25,671 bases of DNA from Candidatus Zixiibacteriota bacterium (lineage in GTDB: Bacteria; Zixibacteria; MSB-5A5; GN15; JAAZOE01). Numbering within the stretch: the first letter of the stretch is position 1; every line of letters begins with the position of its first letter. The stretch lies in contig JBDREQ010000032.1 of NCBI GenBank assembly GCA_043819555.1, positions 1-25,671 on the forward strand, given 5' to 3'. The notes under the pieces were generated by a model, which worked only from the letters and a program-made list of their open reading frames with translations, was not told the origin of the DNA and searched no databases. Both the position numbers and the translations under genes were made by a program. This document shows, in pieces, positions 16,672 through 25,671 of the stretch.

Positions 16672-18504
16672 ATGAATGAGAAACTGATAATAAAACTGAA
16701 AAACCTGCCCAAAGGACCCGGCGTCTATATGATGAAAAATGCCCGGGGGAAAATCATCTATATCGGCAAAGCCAAAAATCTCAAAAATCGCGTCAAGTCG
16801 TATTTTATGAGCCGAGGGCAGTCTGATTTCAAAACGGCGGTTTTAGTCAGGCAGATTGAAGATATCGAGCTTCTCGCTACCGATACCGAAATCGAAGCAT
16901 TGATTCTCGAAGCCAATCTCGTTAAAGAACACAAACCGCGCTACAATGTTAATCTCAAGGATGATAAACGATTTCCATATTTGAAGCTGACTGTCAATGA
17001 ACCGTATCCGAGGTTGATGGTCACTCGCCGCGTCCTGCGTGACGGCTCTCGTTATTTCGGGCCATACACAAATGCCATCATGATGCGCAGGACGCTGAAA
17101 TTTCTGATGCGGCATTTTGGAATTCGTTCCTGCAATTATGAAATCCCTTCATCTACGGGTCGTAAATACAAAGTTTGCCTCGATTATCATATTGGGCGCT
17201 GCGCCGGAGCATGCATTGGCGAAGAAACTCAGGCTGACTATAAAAAGCATGTTGATGCCGTAATTATGTTTCTCTCCGGACGTCAATCCGATTTAATCGG
17301 CAGTCTAAAAGAGAGAATGCAATTCGCTTCGGGACAGACACTATTTGAAGAAGCGGCCCGGCTGCGCGATACAATTGAGGCGATGGAGTCGGTCTGGAGA
17401 AGACAAAAAGTTGACGCGGCCCAGGGCATTAATCGGGATGTCATTGCCTATGCCCGGGAAGATAACGATGCCGTTGCGGTTGTAATGCAGATACGCGAGG
17501 GGATTCTTATCGGCCGCCAGGATATGCAGCTGAAAGTCAATTCCGATATTTCCGGAGAGGAATTGTTATCCGGATTTTTGAAACAGTTTTATAATCATGC
17601 TGAAAATTTTCCTGAAGAAATATTCCTGCCGGTGAAGATCGCAGAAGAAAAACTAATTGAGAAGTGGCTGTCAAAGTCCAAAGGAATCAAGACGAAAATT
17701 CTTACACCGCAAAGAGGCGAAAAGGTTAAACTGGTGTCAATGGCTGAAGCGAATGCCCGGCTGGTTCTTGATGAGATGCTGCTGCAAAAGAAAAAATATT
17801 ATGAACGAATCCCCGCCTCGGCGGCGGCGTTGCAAAAAGCTCTCGACCTCGACAAGGCGCCCCAAACGATCAGCTGTTTTGATATTTCCAATCTGGGCCA
17901 ATCCGATAAGGCCGCCTCGCTTGTTTATTTTGAAAAAGGGAAGCCAAAAAAAACTGAGTACCGGCATTTCAAAATCAAAACTGTCGAGGGGCAGGATGAT
18001 TTTGCCGCCATGCGGGAAGTTATTACACGATATGTATTACGAAGACGAAAAGAAAATAAACCGCTCCCGGATTTGATGATGGTTGACGGTGGCAAGGGTC
18101 AGCTTTCAGTCGCGGTTGAAGTTTTGAATCAATGCAAAATTGAAAACCAACCCATAATCGGGTTGGCCAAAAAACTCGATGAAGTTTTTATACCTTACAA
18201 ATCCGAATCCGTTTTTATTCCCAAAAATTCACCTGCATTAAATCTGCTAAAACGAGTCAGAGATGAAGCCCATCGGTTCGCGATTACTTATCATCATAAC
18301 CTCCGTAAAAATCGGACAATAAAATCGGAACTCGATGATATCCCCGGAGTGGGGCCGTCGCGCCGAAAAATGTTACTAAAACATTTTGGTTCTGTTAAAA
18401 GGGTTAAGATGGCTTCTATCGAAGAAATAACAGCGCTAAAAAACATTTCTGCGGAACTGGCACAGAATATTTATAATTATTTTCATCATGAAAAAAATAA
18501 ATAG
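16672..18504 (+). CDS. uvrC: Excinuclease ABC subunit C
   Basis: GVY..IYIGKAKNLKNRVKSYF, four-Cys region, FEEAARLRD, FDISN, DGGKGQL, RDEAHRFA, C-terminal HhH IPGVG. Confidence 0.97.
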   Translation: MNEKLIIKLKNLPKGPGVYMMKNARGKIIYIGKAKNLKNRVKSYFMSRGQSDFKTAVLVRQIEDIELLATDTEIEALILEANLVKEHKPRYNVNLKDDKRFPYLKLTVNEPYPRLMVTRRVLRDGSRYFGPYTNAIMMRRTLKFLMRHFGIRSCNYEIPSSTGRKYKVCLDYHIGRCAGACIGEETQADYKKHVDAVIMFLSGRQSDLIGSLKERMQFASGQTLFEEAARLRDTIEAMESVWRRQKVDAAQGINRDVIAYAREDNDAVAVVMQIREGILIGRQDMQLKVNSDISGEELLSGFLKQFYNHAENFPEEIFLPVKIAEEKLIEKWLSKSKGIKTKILTPQRGEKVKLVSMAEANARLVLDEMLLQKKKYYERIPASAAALQKALDLDKAPQTISCFDISNLGQSDKAASLVYFEKGKPKKTEYRHFKIKTVEGQDDFAAMREVITRYVLRRRKENKPLPDLMMVDGGKGQLSVAVEVLNQCKIENQPIIGLAKKLDEVFIPYKSESVFIPKNSPALNLLKRVRDEAHRFAITYHHNLRKNRTIKSELDDIPGVGPSRRKMLLKHFGSVKRVKMASIEEITALKNISAELAQNIYNYFHHEKNK

Positions 18505-18508
18505 CAGA

Positions 18509-19126
18509 TTATTGTCCAAAACTATTGATTTTAGTCCATTTGATTTCATCACCGACAATGATATTATATTTGTCTGTAAATCCGGCGAGAACCTCAACGA
18601 CATATTTGGTCGGGGCATCCGATTTATAAGTGCTCTTATCGAACGGTATGGCGTTTTTATGGATTGTCACAATTTCATTCCGGGCATTAACAAATAATAA
18701 ATCCAATGAGAGAATTGTATTTTTCATCCAGAAGGAACGTTCGGTTTCGTCGGCGAAGATAAACAGCATCCCCTGCAATTCTTCCATCGTATTGCGGCGC
18801 ATCATTCCATTAGCCTGTTCATAGCCGTTGTCTTTGATCTCGATGTCGATCGTGATAATTTCGCTTCCAGTACTTCTAACAAATGTCAGAGTTCCGTGCT
18901 TTTCGAATTCGGGAGAGGAAAAGACGGTTTTTGAGGGTGCGGGAAGCGGGTGGGTGGGTGGGGGCGTGCGCATATACTCCACAATCGCTAATGCTGCAAT
19001 AGTAATTATGAATGCTCCGGCGATTGAATATATGATATATTTCTGTACCTTTTTGTTTCGCAGGTTATTCATAAATCCAGAATTAAAGTTATTATTAATA
19101 GCCTTTCTGCGTCTTTTCTTAGCCAT
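18509..19126 (-). CDS. Membrane-anchored DUF192-domain protein
   Basis: Basic N-terminus, one TM helix, Pro-rich linker, then GMMRR..GMLFIF..SFWMKNT.LSLD..YVVEV.AG. Confidence 0.85.
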   Translation of the reverse strand: MAKKRRRKAINNNFNSGFMNNLRNKKVQKYIIYSIAGAFIITIAALAIVEYMRTPPPTHPLPAPSKTVFSSPEFEKHGTLTFVRSTGSEIITIDIEIKDNGYEQANGMMRRNTMEELQGMLFIFADETERSFWMKNTILSLDLLFVNARNEIVTIHKNAIPFDKSTYKSDAPTKYVVEVLAGFTDKYNIIVGDEIKWTKINSFGQ

Positions 19127-19201
19127 ATTACAGTATCAGATTTCAATCCCTATCTACCAAAGGATATATAATACAGGTGCTTTTGCAAACAACAAAAGTG
19201 A

Positions 19202-19230
19202 TTGTCTTTTATAGTACAAAAAACTATCTT
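19202..19230 (+). promoter_or_regulatory. sigma70 promoter, probably producing a leaderless xseA transcript
   Basis: TTGTCT-17 nt-TATCTT, 7 nt before ATG 19238, no SD. Confidence 0.5.
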
Positions 19231-19237
19231 CAGTTTC

Positions 19238-20452
19238 ATGCAAAATATTCCGGAAGAAATATATTCAGTATCAGCTGTTAATAAAATGGCGAGGTTCACC
19301 CTCGAGGAATCGTTTCCGTCTATCTGGGTTGAGGGTGAAATATCAAACTACCATCTTCATGGTTCAGGCCATCGCTATTTTTCTCTAAAAGACGACGTTT
19401 CTCAACTCCGCTGCGCCATGTGGAGCTCAAGCGGGACTGGTCTCAAATTCGAGCCTAAAGACGGTTTGAAAATCCTGGCTAACGGCAATTTAACCGTATA
19501 TGAGCGTGGCGGGTCATATCAATTAATCGTCAAAAAGCTGTTGCCGACCGGGATGGGCGAGTTGGAACTGGCTTTTCTGCAATTAAAAGAAAAGTTGGAA
19601 AAAGAGAACCTTTTTTCGCCTCAGTATAAAAGAGAATTGCCCCCGTTTCCGGTGAGAATTGGTGTTGTGACTTCTCCGACCGGGGCAGTTATTCATGATA
19701 TTTGCCGCGTCATCAAAAGACTTAATCCAAAATTGGATATTATCTTATGGCCATCAGACGTCCAGGGTGATACTGCCGCCCCGCAGCTTGTGGAAGGAAT
19801 TGTCGAACTGAATCGGTATGGGCAAGTTGATGTGATTCTAATCGGGCGGGGGGGAGGCTCTCTCGAAGATTTATGGGCCTTCAATGATGAACGAGTCGTC
19901 CGGGCGGTTTTCGATTCTGAAATTCCGATAATTTCGGCAATCGGACATGAAGTCGATATCACTCTGACCGATTTGGCGGCCGATTATTCGGCGGCAACGC
20001 CGTCGATGGCCGCCGAGATGATTTCCTGGCCGCTTGAGGGATTTCTAAAACGAATATTACAGAACCTGCAGGGTATGGGCGGTGCTGTTAAAATATTGTA
20101 TAGAGATCAATTTCACCGATTTTTCGATTCAGTTAAATCAAGAATTTTCGCCAATCCCGAGATTATGCTCGAATCGCGATATCAACGGCTTGATCAACAT
20201 ATTAAACTTTTGGGCTTGCTATCCAAAAGTCGGTTTGATACCTTTCGGCAATCGGCCGTGAATAGGATATCGCGGTTGGAGGCGTTGTCACCTCTGGCGG
20301 TTTTGGCGCGAGGGTATTCTGTTGCCCGAAGCGCCCCAAAGAAAAAGGTTATAAAATCGGTGGAAGATATTTCGGTTAATGGTTTTATGGAGACTATTGT
20401 TGGCGACGGATCGATTTTTTCGAAGGTCAATAAAAAAGAAAAGAAAAATTGA
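19238..20452 (+). CDS. xseA: Exodeoxyribonuclease VII large subunit
   Basis: WVEGEISN..SGHRYFSLKD, IGVVTSPTGAV, GRGGGSLEDLWAFNDE, SAIGHEVD, LARGYS. Confidence 0.95.
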   Translation: MQNIPEEIYSVSAVNKMARFTLEESFPSIWVEGEISNYHLHGSGHRYFSLKDDVSQLRCAMWSSSGTGLKFEPKDGLKILANGNLTVYERGGSYQLIVKKLLPTGMGELELAFLQLKEKLEKENLFSPQYKRELPPFPVRIGVVTSPTGAVIHDICRVIKRLNPKLDIILWPSDVQGDTAAPQLVEGIVELNRYGQVDVILIGRGGGSLEDLWAFNDERVVRAVFDSEIPIISAIGHEVDITLTDLAADYSAATPSMAAEMISWPLEGFLKRILQNLQGMGGAVKILYRDQFHRFFDSVKSRIFANPEIMLESRYQRLDQHIKLLGLLSKSRFDTFRQSAVNRISRLEALSPLAVLARGYSVARSAPKKKVIKSVEDISVNGFMETIVGDGSIFSKVNKKEKKN

Positions 20453-20454
20453 AT

Positions 20455-20697
20455 ATGCCGGTTAAAAAAGAGTATAAAGATTTTGAGGGCGCAATAAATC
20501 GCCTTGAAGAGATTACAGAGCAATTAGAATCAGGTGAGTTGAGCCTTGAGGATTCTATTACATTATATACAGAAGGCGTCGAAATTGCCGGAATCTGCAA
20601 TAAAAAACTGACTGAGGCCGAGGGCAAAATAACCAAATTGACAAAAATCGCCGATAAATTCCAGTTGGAGGATTTTGCCGGGGCAAATGATGACTGA
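20455..20697 (+). CDS. xseB: Exodeoxyribonuclease VII small subunit
   Basis: FEGAINRLEEI..LESGELSLEDSI..Y.EG..C.KKL..AE. Confidence 0.93.
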   Translation: MPVKKEYKDFEGAINRLEEITEQLESGELSLEDSITLYTEGVEIAGICNKKLTEAEGKITKLTKIADKFQLEDFAGANDD

Positions 20698-21571
20698 GAA
20701 CACAAAAGTGACCGCTCCCGCGTATCTGATTGAAAAATCAAAACTCATCGAGGATTATTTACTGGAATATTTACCATCGCCAGACGTATATCCTCATGTT
20801 TTACATGAGGCGATTAGATATTCGGTTATGGCCGGCGGGAAGAGACTTCGTCCGGTTCTGGCTTTGGCCGCTTACGAAGCCTGCGATGGTGATGGCCAGG
20901 AAATCTATAAGGCGGCGGTGGCTTTGGAATTAGTGCATACATATTCTTTGATTCATGATGACCTGCCTTGCATGGATGATGATGATCTCCGGCGCGGCAG
21001 GCCTACGCTGCACAAAAAATACGGCGAAGCAATTGCTCTTTTGGCGGGCGATGCCCTCCATGATTTTGCTTTCAGATTAATGGCTGAAACCGGACGAGCC
21101 GATGTAGTCTTAGAACTCGCCAAGGCAATCGGCACCGGCGGAATGTTGGGCGGCCAGATGGCTGATATGGAAGCCGAGGGACGCAATATTAATTTGAAAG
21201 ACGTGGGATATATCCATAATCATAAAACAGGAAAACTCATTCGAAGCGCCGTCCGAATTGGTTCAATACTCGCAAATTCCAATGATAAGAATCTTCAAGC
21301 TATTACGCTATACGGCGAAAAAATCGGATTGGCTTTTCAAATAATTGATGATATTCTGGATATTGAGGGCGATACCAATTTATTGGGCAAGCCAATCGGC
21401 TCTGATTCAAAAAATAAAAAGGCAACTTATCCTTCGGTGATTGGGCTATCAAAATCGCATGAAATCGCAGGACAATTGATTGAAGAAGCGATTAACGCGG
21501 TCGAGAGTGTGTTGCCGAAATGCGATAATTTCATAAACATCGCCCGTTTTATTGGGGGACGACGGTATTAG
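20690..21571 (+). CDS. ispA: Short-chain trans-polyprenyl (likely farnesyl) diphosphate synthase
   Basis: GGKRLRP, FARM YSLIHDDLPCMDDDDLRRG (Tyr five residues before the FARM favours FPP), GGQ..D, KTG, SARM FQIIDDILD. Start could be 20687. Confidence 0.9.
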   Translation: MTENTKVTAPAYLIEKSKLIEDYLLEYLPSPDVYPHVLHEAIRYSVMAGGKRLRPVLALAAYEACDGDGQEIYKAAVALELVHTYSLIHDDLPCMDDDDLRRGRPTLHKKYGEAIALLAGDALHDFAFRLMAETGRADVVLELAKAIGTGGMLGGQMADMEAEGRNINLKDVGYIHNHKTGKLIRSAVRIGSILANSNDKNLQAITLYGEKIGLAFQIIDDILDIEGDTNLLGKPIGSDSKNKKATYPSVIGLSKSHEIAGQLIEEAINAVESVLPKCDNFINIARFIGGRRY

Positions 21572-21583
21572 TATGGAGAAATT

Positions 21584-23575
21584 ATGTTTTTAGAGAAAAT
21601 ATTATCGGCGCAGGACCTCAAGAAGCTGTCGACGGATGATCTGAATCAACTCGCAGAAGAAATTCGTACTCATATAATTTCTACTATCAGCCAAACCGGC
21701 GGACACCTGGCCTCTAACCTGGGTGTCGTGGAATTGACTATTGCGCTGCATTATCTTTATAATTGCCCCGAAGATAAATTCGTATGGGATGTTGCCCACC
21801 AATCCTACGTTCATAAGCTACTGACCGGCCGCAAAGACAGGTTTAGCACCATCAGGCAATATGGAGGCCTGTCCGGATTTACCAAGCGGAGCGAATCGGA
21901 GGCCGACGCTTTTGGCGCCGGACATGCTTCAACTTCAATTTCCGCTGCTCTCGGTCTGGCTGAGGCCAATCGTTTGAATGGAATTGATAATGAAGTTGTT
22001 GCTGTTATCGGTGATGGGGCTTTGACGGGCGGTCTCTCTTTCGAAGGCCTGAATAATGCCGGGGCACAGCAAACCAATTTGCTCGTTATCCTTAACGACA
22101 ATTTTATGTCGATTTCAAAAAATGTCGGGGCAATGTCAAAATATCTGACTCATATTCTCGCCGATGAATCATATAATAAATTAAGAGATGATGTCTGGCG
22201 ATTTATCGGACGGCTAAAAAAGGCTGATAAAATTAAAGCGACCGTTCGGAATTTTGAAAAACAGGTCAAAGGTATCCTGGTGCCGGGAATAATCTTTGAA
22301 CGTTTGGGCTTCAGATATTTTGGCCCGATTGATGGCCATGATTTACCAGTTCTATTAAAGACTCTTAAGCAGATTAAAGAGCTTAACGGTCCGAGATTAT
22401 TGCACGTTATCACCCAAAAGGGGAGAGGCTACGAACCGGCTGAAAAAAACGCGACCAAATTCCACGGGATATCAGCTTTTAATAAGGTAACAGGTCAGAC
22501 AAACAATTCATCCAAACTTCCTTCCTACACATCTGTTTTTGGAAAAAAGATAACCGAAATCGCTGAAAACGATCCCAAAGTTGTGGCAATTACGGCCGCT
22601 ATGGCTCCCGGAACAGGATTGACTGAATTTTCAGAAAAACTGCCTGACAGGTTTTATGATGTGGGCATTGCAGAACAACATGCCGTCTGCTATGCCGCCG
22701 GCCTGGCCGCCGGTGGAATGCGTCCCGTAGTGGCGATTTATTCTACATTCCTGCAACGGGCTTATGATCAAATTATACATGATGTCGCCCTGCAAAAATT
22801 ACCGGTTGTCTTTTGTCTTGATCGGGCCGGATTGGTTGGAGAAGACGGTCCGACGCATCACGGCGCCTTTGATATTAGCTATCTGAGGGCAGTCCCTAAT
22901 ATGATTATTGCCGCGCCCGCTGATGGCGATGAATTATGCCAGATGCTCGAATATGCCGTCAAAAATAAAATTGGACCGGTTGCGATTCGTTACCCGCGCG
23001 GGGTAATACCCTATGAACTCGGCAAAAATATTAATGACATCGTATGGGGGCAATGGGATGTTTCCGTGGGAGGTACTGATGTGGCAATCATTGCCACCGG
23101 CTCCATGGTGGTACAGAGCTATCCGGTGGTTGAACGATTGCGACTTGCCGGTATTAACGCATCACTAATAAATGCCCGATTTATCAAACCTCTCGATTTT
23201 GAAGCCCTCAAAGAGATTTCCGAAAGATTCAAATGGATTGTAACGGTTGAAGAGAATAGTCTCTTTGGAGGTTTCGGATCCGCGGTTCATGATTATCTGA
23301 ATTCAATTGACTATCGTGGCAGATTTCTAAATCTCGGAATCCCCGATAGATTTGTTCAGCACGGTAGCCGCAGTTTGTTACTCAAGGAAATAGGACTCGA
23401 TGAAGAAGGGATTTTTCGCAGAATAAGCGCGATGTTCAAAAACAAGCGCTCATTTCTTAATGTCTTTCAGCTTGGAAATGGCAAACGAAACGCTAACGAG
23501 ATCAGGAAATCGAAAACTGATTTTAAGGAAGAAAAATCGATTTCCAAAATTTCTGAATTGGGAAAAAATAAATAA
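21584..23575 (+). CDS. dxs: 1-deoxy-D-xylulose-5-phosphate synthase
   Basis: GGHLASNLG, HQSY.HK, GDGALTGG..NDN, DVGIAEQHA, YSTFLQRAYDQ..HD, DRAGLVGEDGPTHHG. Confidence 0.97.
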   Translation: MFLEKILSAQDLKKLSTDDLNQLAEEIRTHIISTISQTGGHLASNLGVVELTIALHYLYNCPEDKFVWDVAHQSYVHKLLTGRKDRFSTIRQYGGLSGFTKRSESEADAFGAGHASTSISAALGLAEANRLNGIDNEVVAVIGDGALTGGLSFEGLNNAGAQQTNLLVILNDNFMSISKNVGAMSKYLTHILADESYNKLRDDVWRFIGRLKKADKIKATVRNFEKQVKGILVPGIIFERLGFRYFGPIDGHDLPVLLKTLKQIKELNGPRLLHVITQKGRGYEPAEKNATKFHGISAFNKVTGQTNNSSKLPSYTSVFGKKITEIAENDPKVVAITAAMAPGTGLTEFSEKLPDRFYDVGIAEQHAVCYAAGLAAGGMRPVVAIYSTFLQRAYDQIIHDVALQKLPVVFCLDRAGLVGEDGPTHHGAFDISYLRAVPNMIIAAPADGDELCQMLEYAVKNKIGPVAIRYPRGVIPYELGKNINDIVWGQWDVSVGGTDVAIIATGSMVVQSYPVVERLRLAGINASLINARFIKPLDFEALKEISERFKWIVTVEENSLFGGFGSAVHDYLNSIDYRGRFLNLGIPDRFVQHGSRSLLLKEIGLDEEGIFRRISAMFKNKRSFLNVFQLGNGKRNANEIRKSKTDFKEEKSISKISELGKNK

Positions 23576-24444
23576 TGCGCCTGGGAATTGTACCCAATAT
23601 GAATCGCCCTGATGCTGAAAATGTTATTCAGCGGATTATTTCATGGGGTAATAAAAATGGCGTCGCGTTGATATTTGCCTCGCCCATGGCAAATGAATTA
23701 AAATTAAATGTCAAACGAGTTCCCGTCAATGAACTGCCCGATAAATCCGATGTTATCATATCTTTGGGAGGCGATGGCACCTTGTTATCCTCTGCCAGGG
23801 CAGTAAAATCTACCGGTATTCCAATTCTCGGAATTAATCTCGGTTCGCTTGGATTTCTAACGCAATTAACTCCTAAGACGCTGGAACAGACTCTGGATTT
23901 GGTTCTTGAAGGCAAATATATTCTTGAAAAAAGAATGGTGGCGGAAGTTGAACTGGAAAACGGACAGGAATTGGAATCTCCTTTTGCCCTGAATGAAATT
24001 GTCGTCGATAGAGGTCCGATTTCCCGAATTATTAACCTGGATTTGTATGCCGACGACTACTTTATCTGCTCATATGCGGCTGACGGGTTGATAATTGCAA
24101 CGCCGACCGGTTCGACCGCATATTCACTGGCGGTAGGCGGGCCGATAATAAACCCTCTTATGAATGCTTTCATTGTCTCCCCAATTTCAGCTTTTTCATT
24201 AACGACTCGGCCAATTGTTTTCCCCGAATCCTGCTCCTTAAGAATTGTGACACGCAGTAAACACAGTGATCCAATAATGACTCTGGACGGGCAGGTTTTC
24301 TGTAATTTATCGCGCGAATCAAGTTTTATTATCCGAAAAGCCGATTTTTGCATTAATTTCATTGTTTTTCGAAATAATTCATTCTACGATATTTTGAGGA
24401 ATAAACTGCACTGGGGGCGTCTCCCTGAAGCTAATCCCGATTGA
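23575..24444 (+). CDS. nadK: NAD kinase
   Basis: GGDGT, GINLGSLGFL, ALNE, DGLIIATPTGSTAYSLA. TAATG overlap with dxs. Confidence 0.95.
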   Translation: MRLGIVPNMNRPDAENVIQRIISWGNKNGVALIFASPMANELKLNVKRVPVNELPDKSDVIISLGGDGTLLSSARAVKSTGIPILGINLGSLGFLTQLTPKTLEQTLDLVLEGKYILEKRMVAEVELENGQELESPFALNEIVVDRGPISRIINLDLYADDYFICSYAADGLIIATPTGSTAYSLAVGGPIINPLMNAFIVSPISAFSLTTRPIVFPESCSLRIVTRSKHSDPIMTLDGQVFCNLSRESSFIIRKADFCINFIVFRNNSFYDILRNKLHWGRLPEANPD

Positions 24445-24609
24445 CGGGAATTTTATTAATTATTGTACATCTTGAGTTGAATTTTCGTATATTATTATGG
24501 GGATATTATGCTGACGAATTTTGGCATCCCCAAATAAAATTTGATATTTCTTTCGATTGTGCGTCATGATATTGTTATAAAACCTTGTTTTGTTAAAAGG
24601 GGTTTGTGT

Positions 24610-25650
24610 ATGAAATCAAGACATATGAATTATATCCTTTGCGGAGTAATTTCAATCCTGTTTTTAGTTGGGAATTCGATATCTTACGGATGTGAATATA
24701 ATTTGTGCGGGACATCATCCCTGGGCTTATTAAAGACTAATACTATCAACTCTTCGCTTGAGATTCACTCCTATACATTTAGTGTCCAGGACGGGGATAA
24801 TGTGATGGTTCGAATGGCGCGAACGAGTGGGACGTTCCAGCCTCGAATTGAACTTTGGGGTCCAAATAGTAATTTGCTGGACGTTTCTGGTTCCGGAGCG
24901 GGATTCGCTGAGATTATTAATAAGAAAATGCATCAGAATGGATATTGCCGGCTTTTATGCTATGATTATGACGGTCCGGGAAGGGGTGGATACGCCTTTT
25001 CGCTTCAGCGAACAAATGATCCTGTGGGAGCAAGGAGATTGAATTTCGACGCGACAATAATTGATACTTTAACATCTTTCGCTCAGCTAATATCATATAA
25101 ACTTACCCTTAATAAAGGAGATGCATTTATAATCCAAATGGTACGCTTGAGCGGCGGAATTACTCCCCGGTTGGAGCTTTTTTTTCCTAATGGAGTTTTA
25201 TTACAATCGCGTATTGATCCATTTGAAGCTGTATCAATAATTAATTCCGTGCCGATTGCCGGAGAGTATTCCATTCTTGCCAGCGACGCGCAAATCAACG
25301 ATACCGGTACTTTTGCCATCATTTTACATCGTCTTCCGACTGACGTCGATAACTGGGCGGAACTTAATCCGATGATATACAACCTGAGGCAGAATTATCC
25401 CAATCCGTTTAATCCCTTCACCCGAATCGACTTTAATTTGCCAAAATCTTCTTTTGTGGAACTCGACATTTATAATATATTGGGCGAGAAGGTTCGATCC
25501 TTGATTTCAAAAAACATGGCGGCCGGACAGCATTCGATTATGTGGAACAGTAAAAACGATAATGGCCGGGACGCGGCGTCAGGAGTTTATTATTATCGCA
25601 TCACAACCGATGAATTCACCGCCAGCAAAAAGATGTTGCTTTTGCAGTGA
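24610..25650 (+). CDS. Secreted protein with two tandem PPC-like beta-sandwich repeats and a C-terminal FlgD-Ig/T9SS type A-like domain
   Basis: AAAGGGG SD before ATG 24610, signal-like N-terminus, two repeats (SY.F/L....GD....M.R.SG...PR.EL..PN..LL), C-terminus LRQNYPNPFNP..IYNILGEKV..W...ASGVYYYRI..KKMLLLQ. Confidence 0.8.
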   Translation: MKSRHMNYILCGVISILFLVGNSISYGCEYNLCGTSSLGLLKTNTINSSLEIHSYTFSVQDGDNVMVRMARTSGTFQPRIELWGPNSNLLDVSGSGAGFAEIINKKMHQNGYCRLLCYDYDGPGRGGYAFSLQRTNDPVGARRLNFDATIIDTLTSFAQLISYKLTLNKGDAFIIQMVRLSGGITPRLELFFPNGVLLQSRIDPFEAVSIINSVPIAGEYSILASDAQINDTGTFAIILHRLPTDVDNWAELNPMIYNLRQNYPNPFNPFTRIDFNLPKSSFVELDIYNILGEKVRSLISKNMAAGQHSIMWNSKNDNGRDAASGVYYYRITTDEFTASKKMLLLQ

Positions 25651-25671
25651 CCGAATAAAAGATTTTCAATG

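Noticed and set aside
16376..16712. Two short minus-strand ORFs and a 7-codon plus-strand ORF in the NlpC-uvrC gap
   Set aside because: No SD, no recognisable domain, and they overlap the terminator or uvrC.
1..25671. CRISPR arrays, tRNA/rRNA genes, frameshifted pseudogenes and the remaining nested short ORFs
   Set aside because: No regularly spaced direct repeats or tRNA/rRNA signatures seen by eye. Core genes read intact. Nested ORFs lie within well-supported genes and lack independent signals.

Overview
A mostly core-genome bacterial window. Gene order (rplM-rpsI-rpsB-tsf-pyrH-frr), a C-terminal dockerin pair and a NYPNPFNP-type FlgD-Ig/T9SS-like C-terminal domain suggest an FCB-group organism, plausibly Zixibacteria-like (inference). 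The left end (1-600) holds the 5' part of an IS30-family transposase missed by the ORF track, next to a cluster of REP-like palindromes. Next come DUF2784, a surface-repeat protein, two convergent secreted Zn-peptidases (an M28-FN3-dockerin protein and an unclassified HEXXH+E gluzincin) and AhpC. The middle has the translation operon with an rpsB leader RNA, an OmpA lipoprotein, a CBS protein, an atypical uppS-cdsA-UbiA-NlpC/P60 operon and a candidate sigma28-driven sRNA. The right part has uvrC, DUF192, xseA-xseB-ispA-dxs-nadK and a secreted tandem beta-sandwich protein. I see no CRISPR array, tRNA, rRNA or clear new multi-gene system. The best leads are the candidate sRNA, the UbiA prenyltransferase coupled to cdsA, the two peptidases and recurring leaderless promoter architecture.
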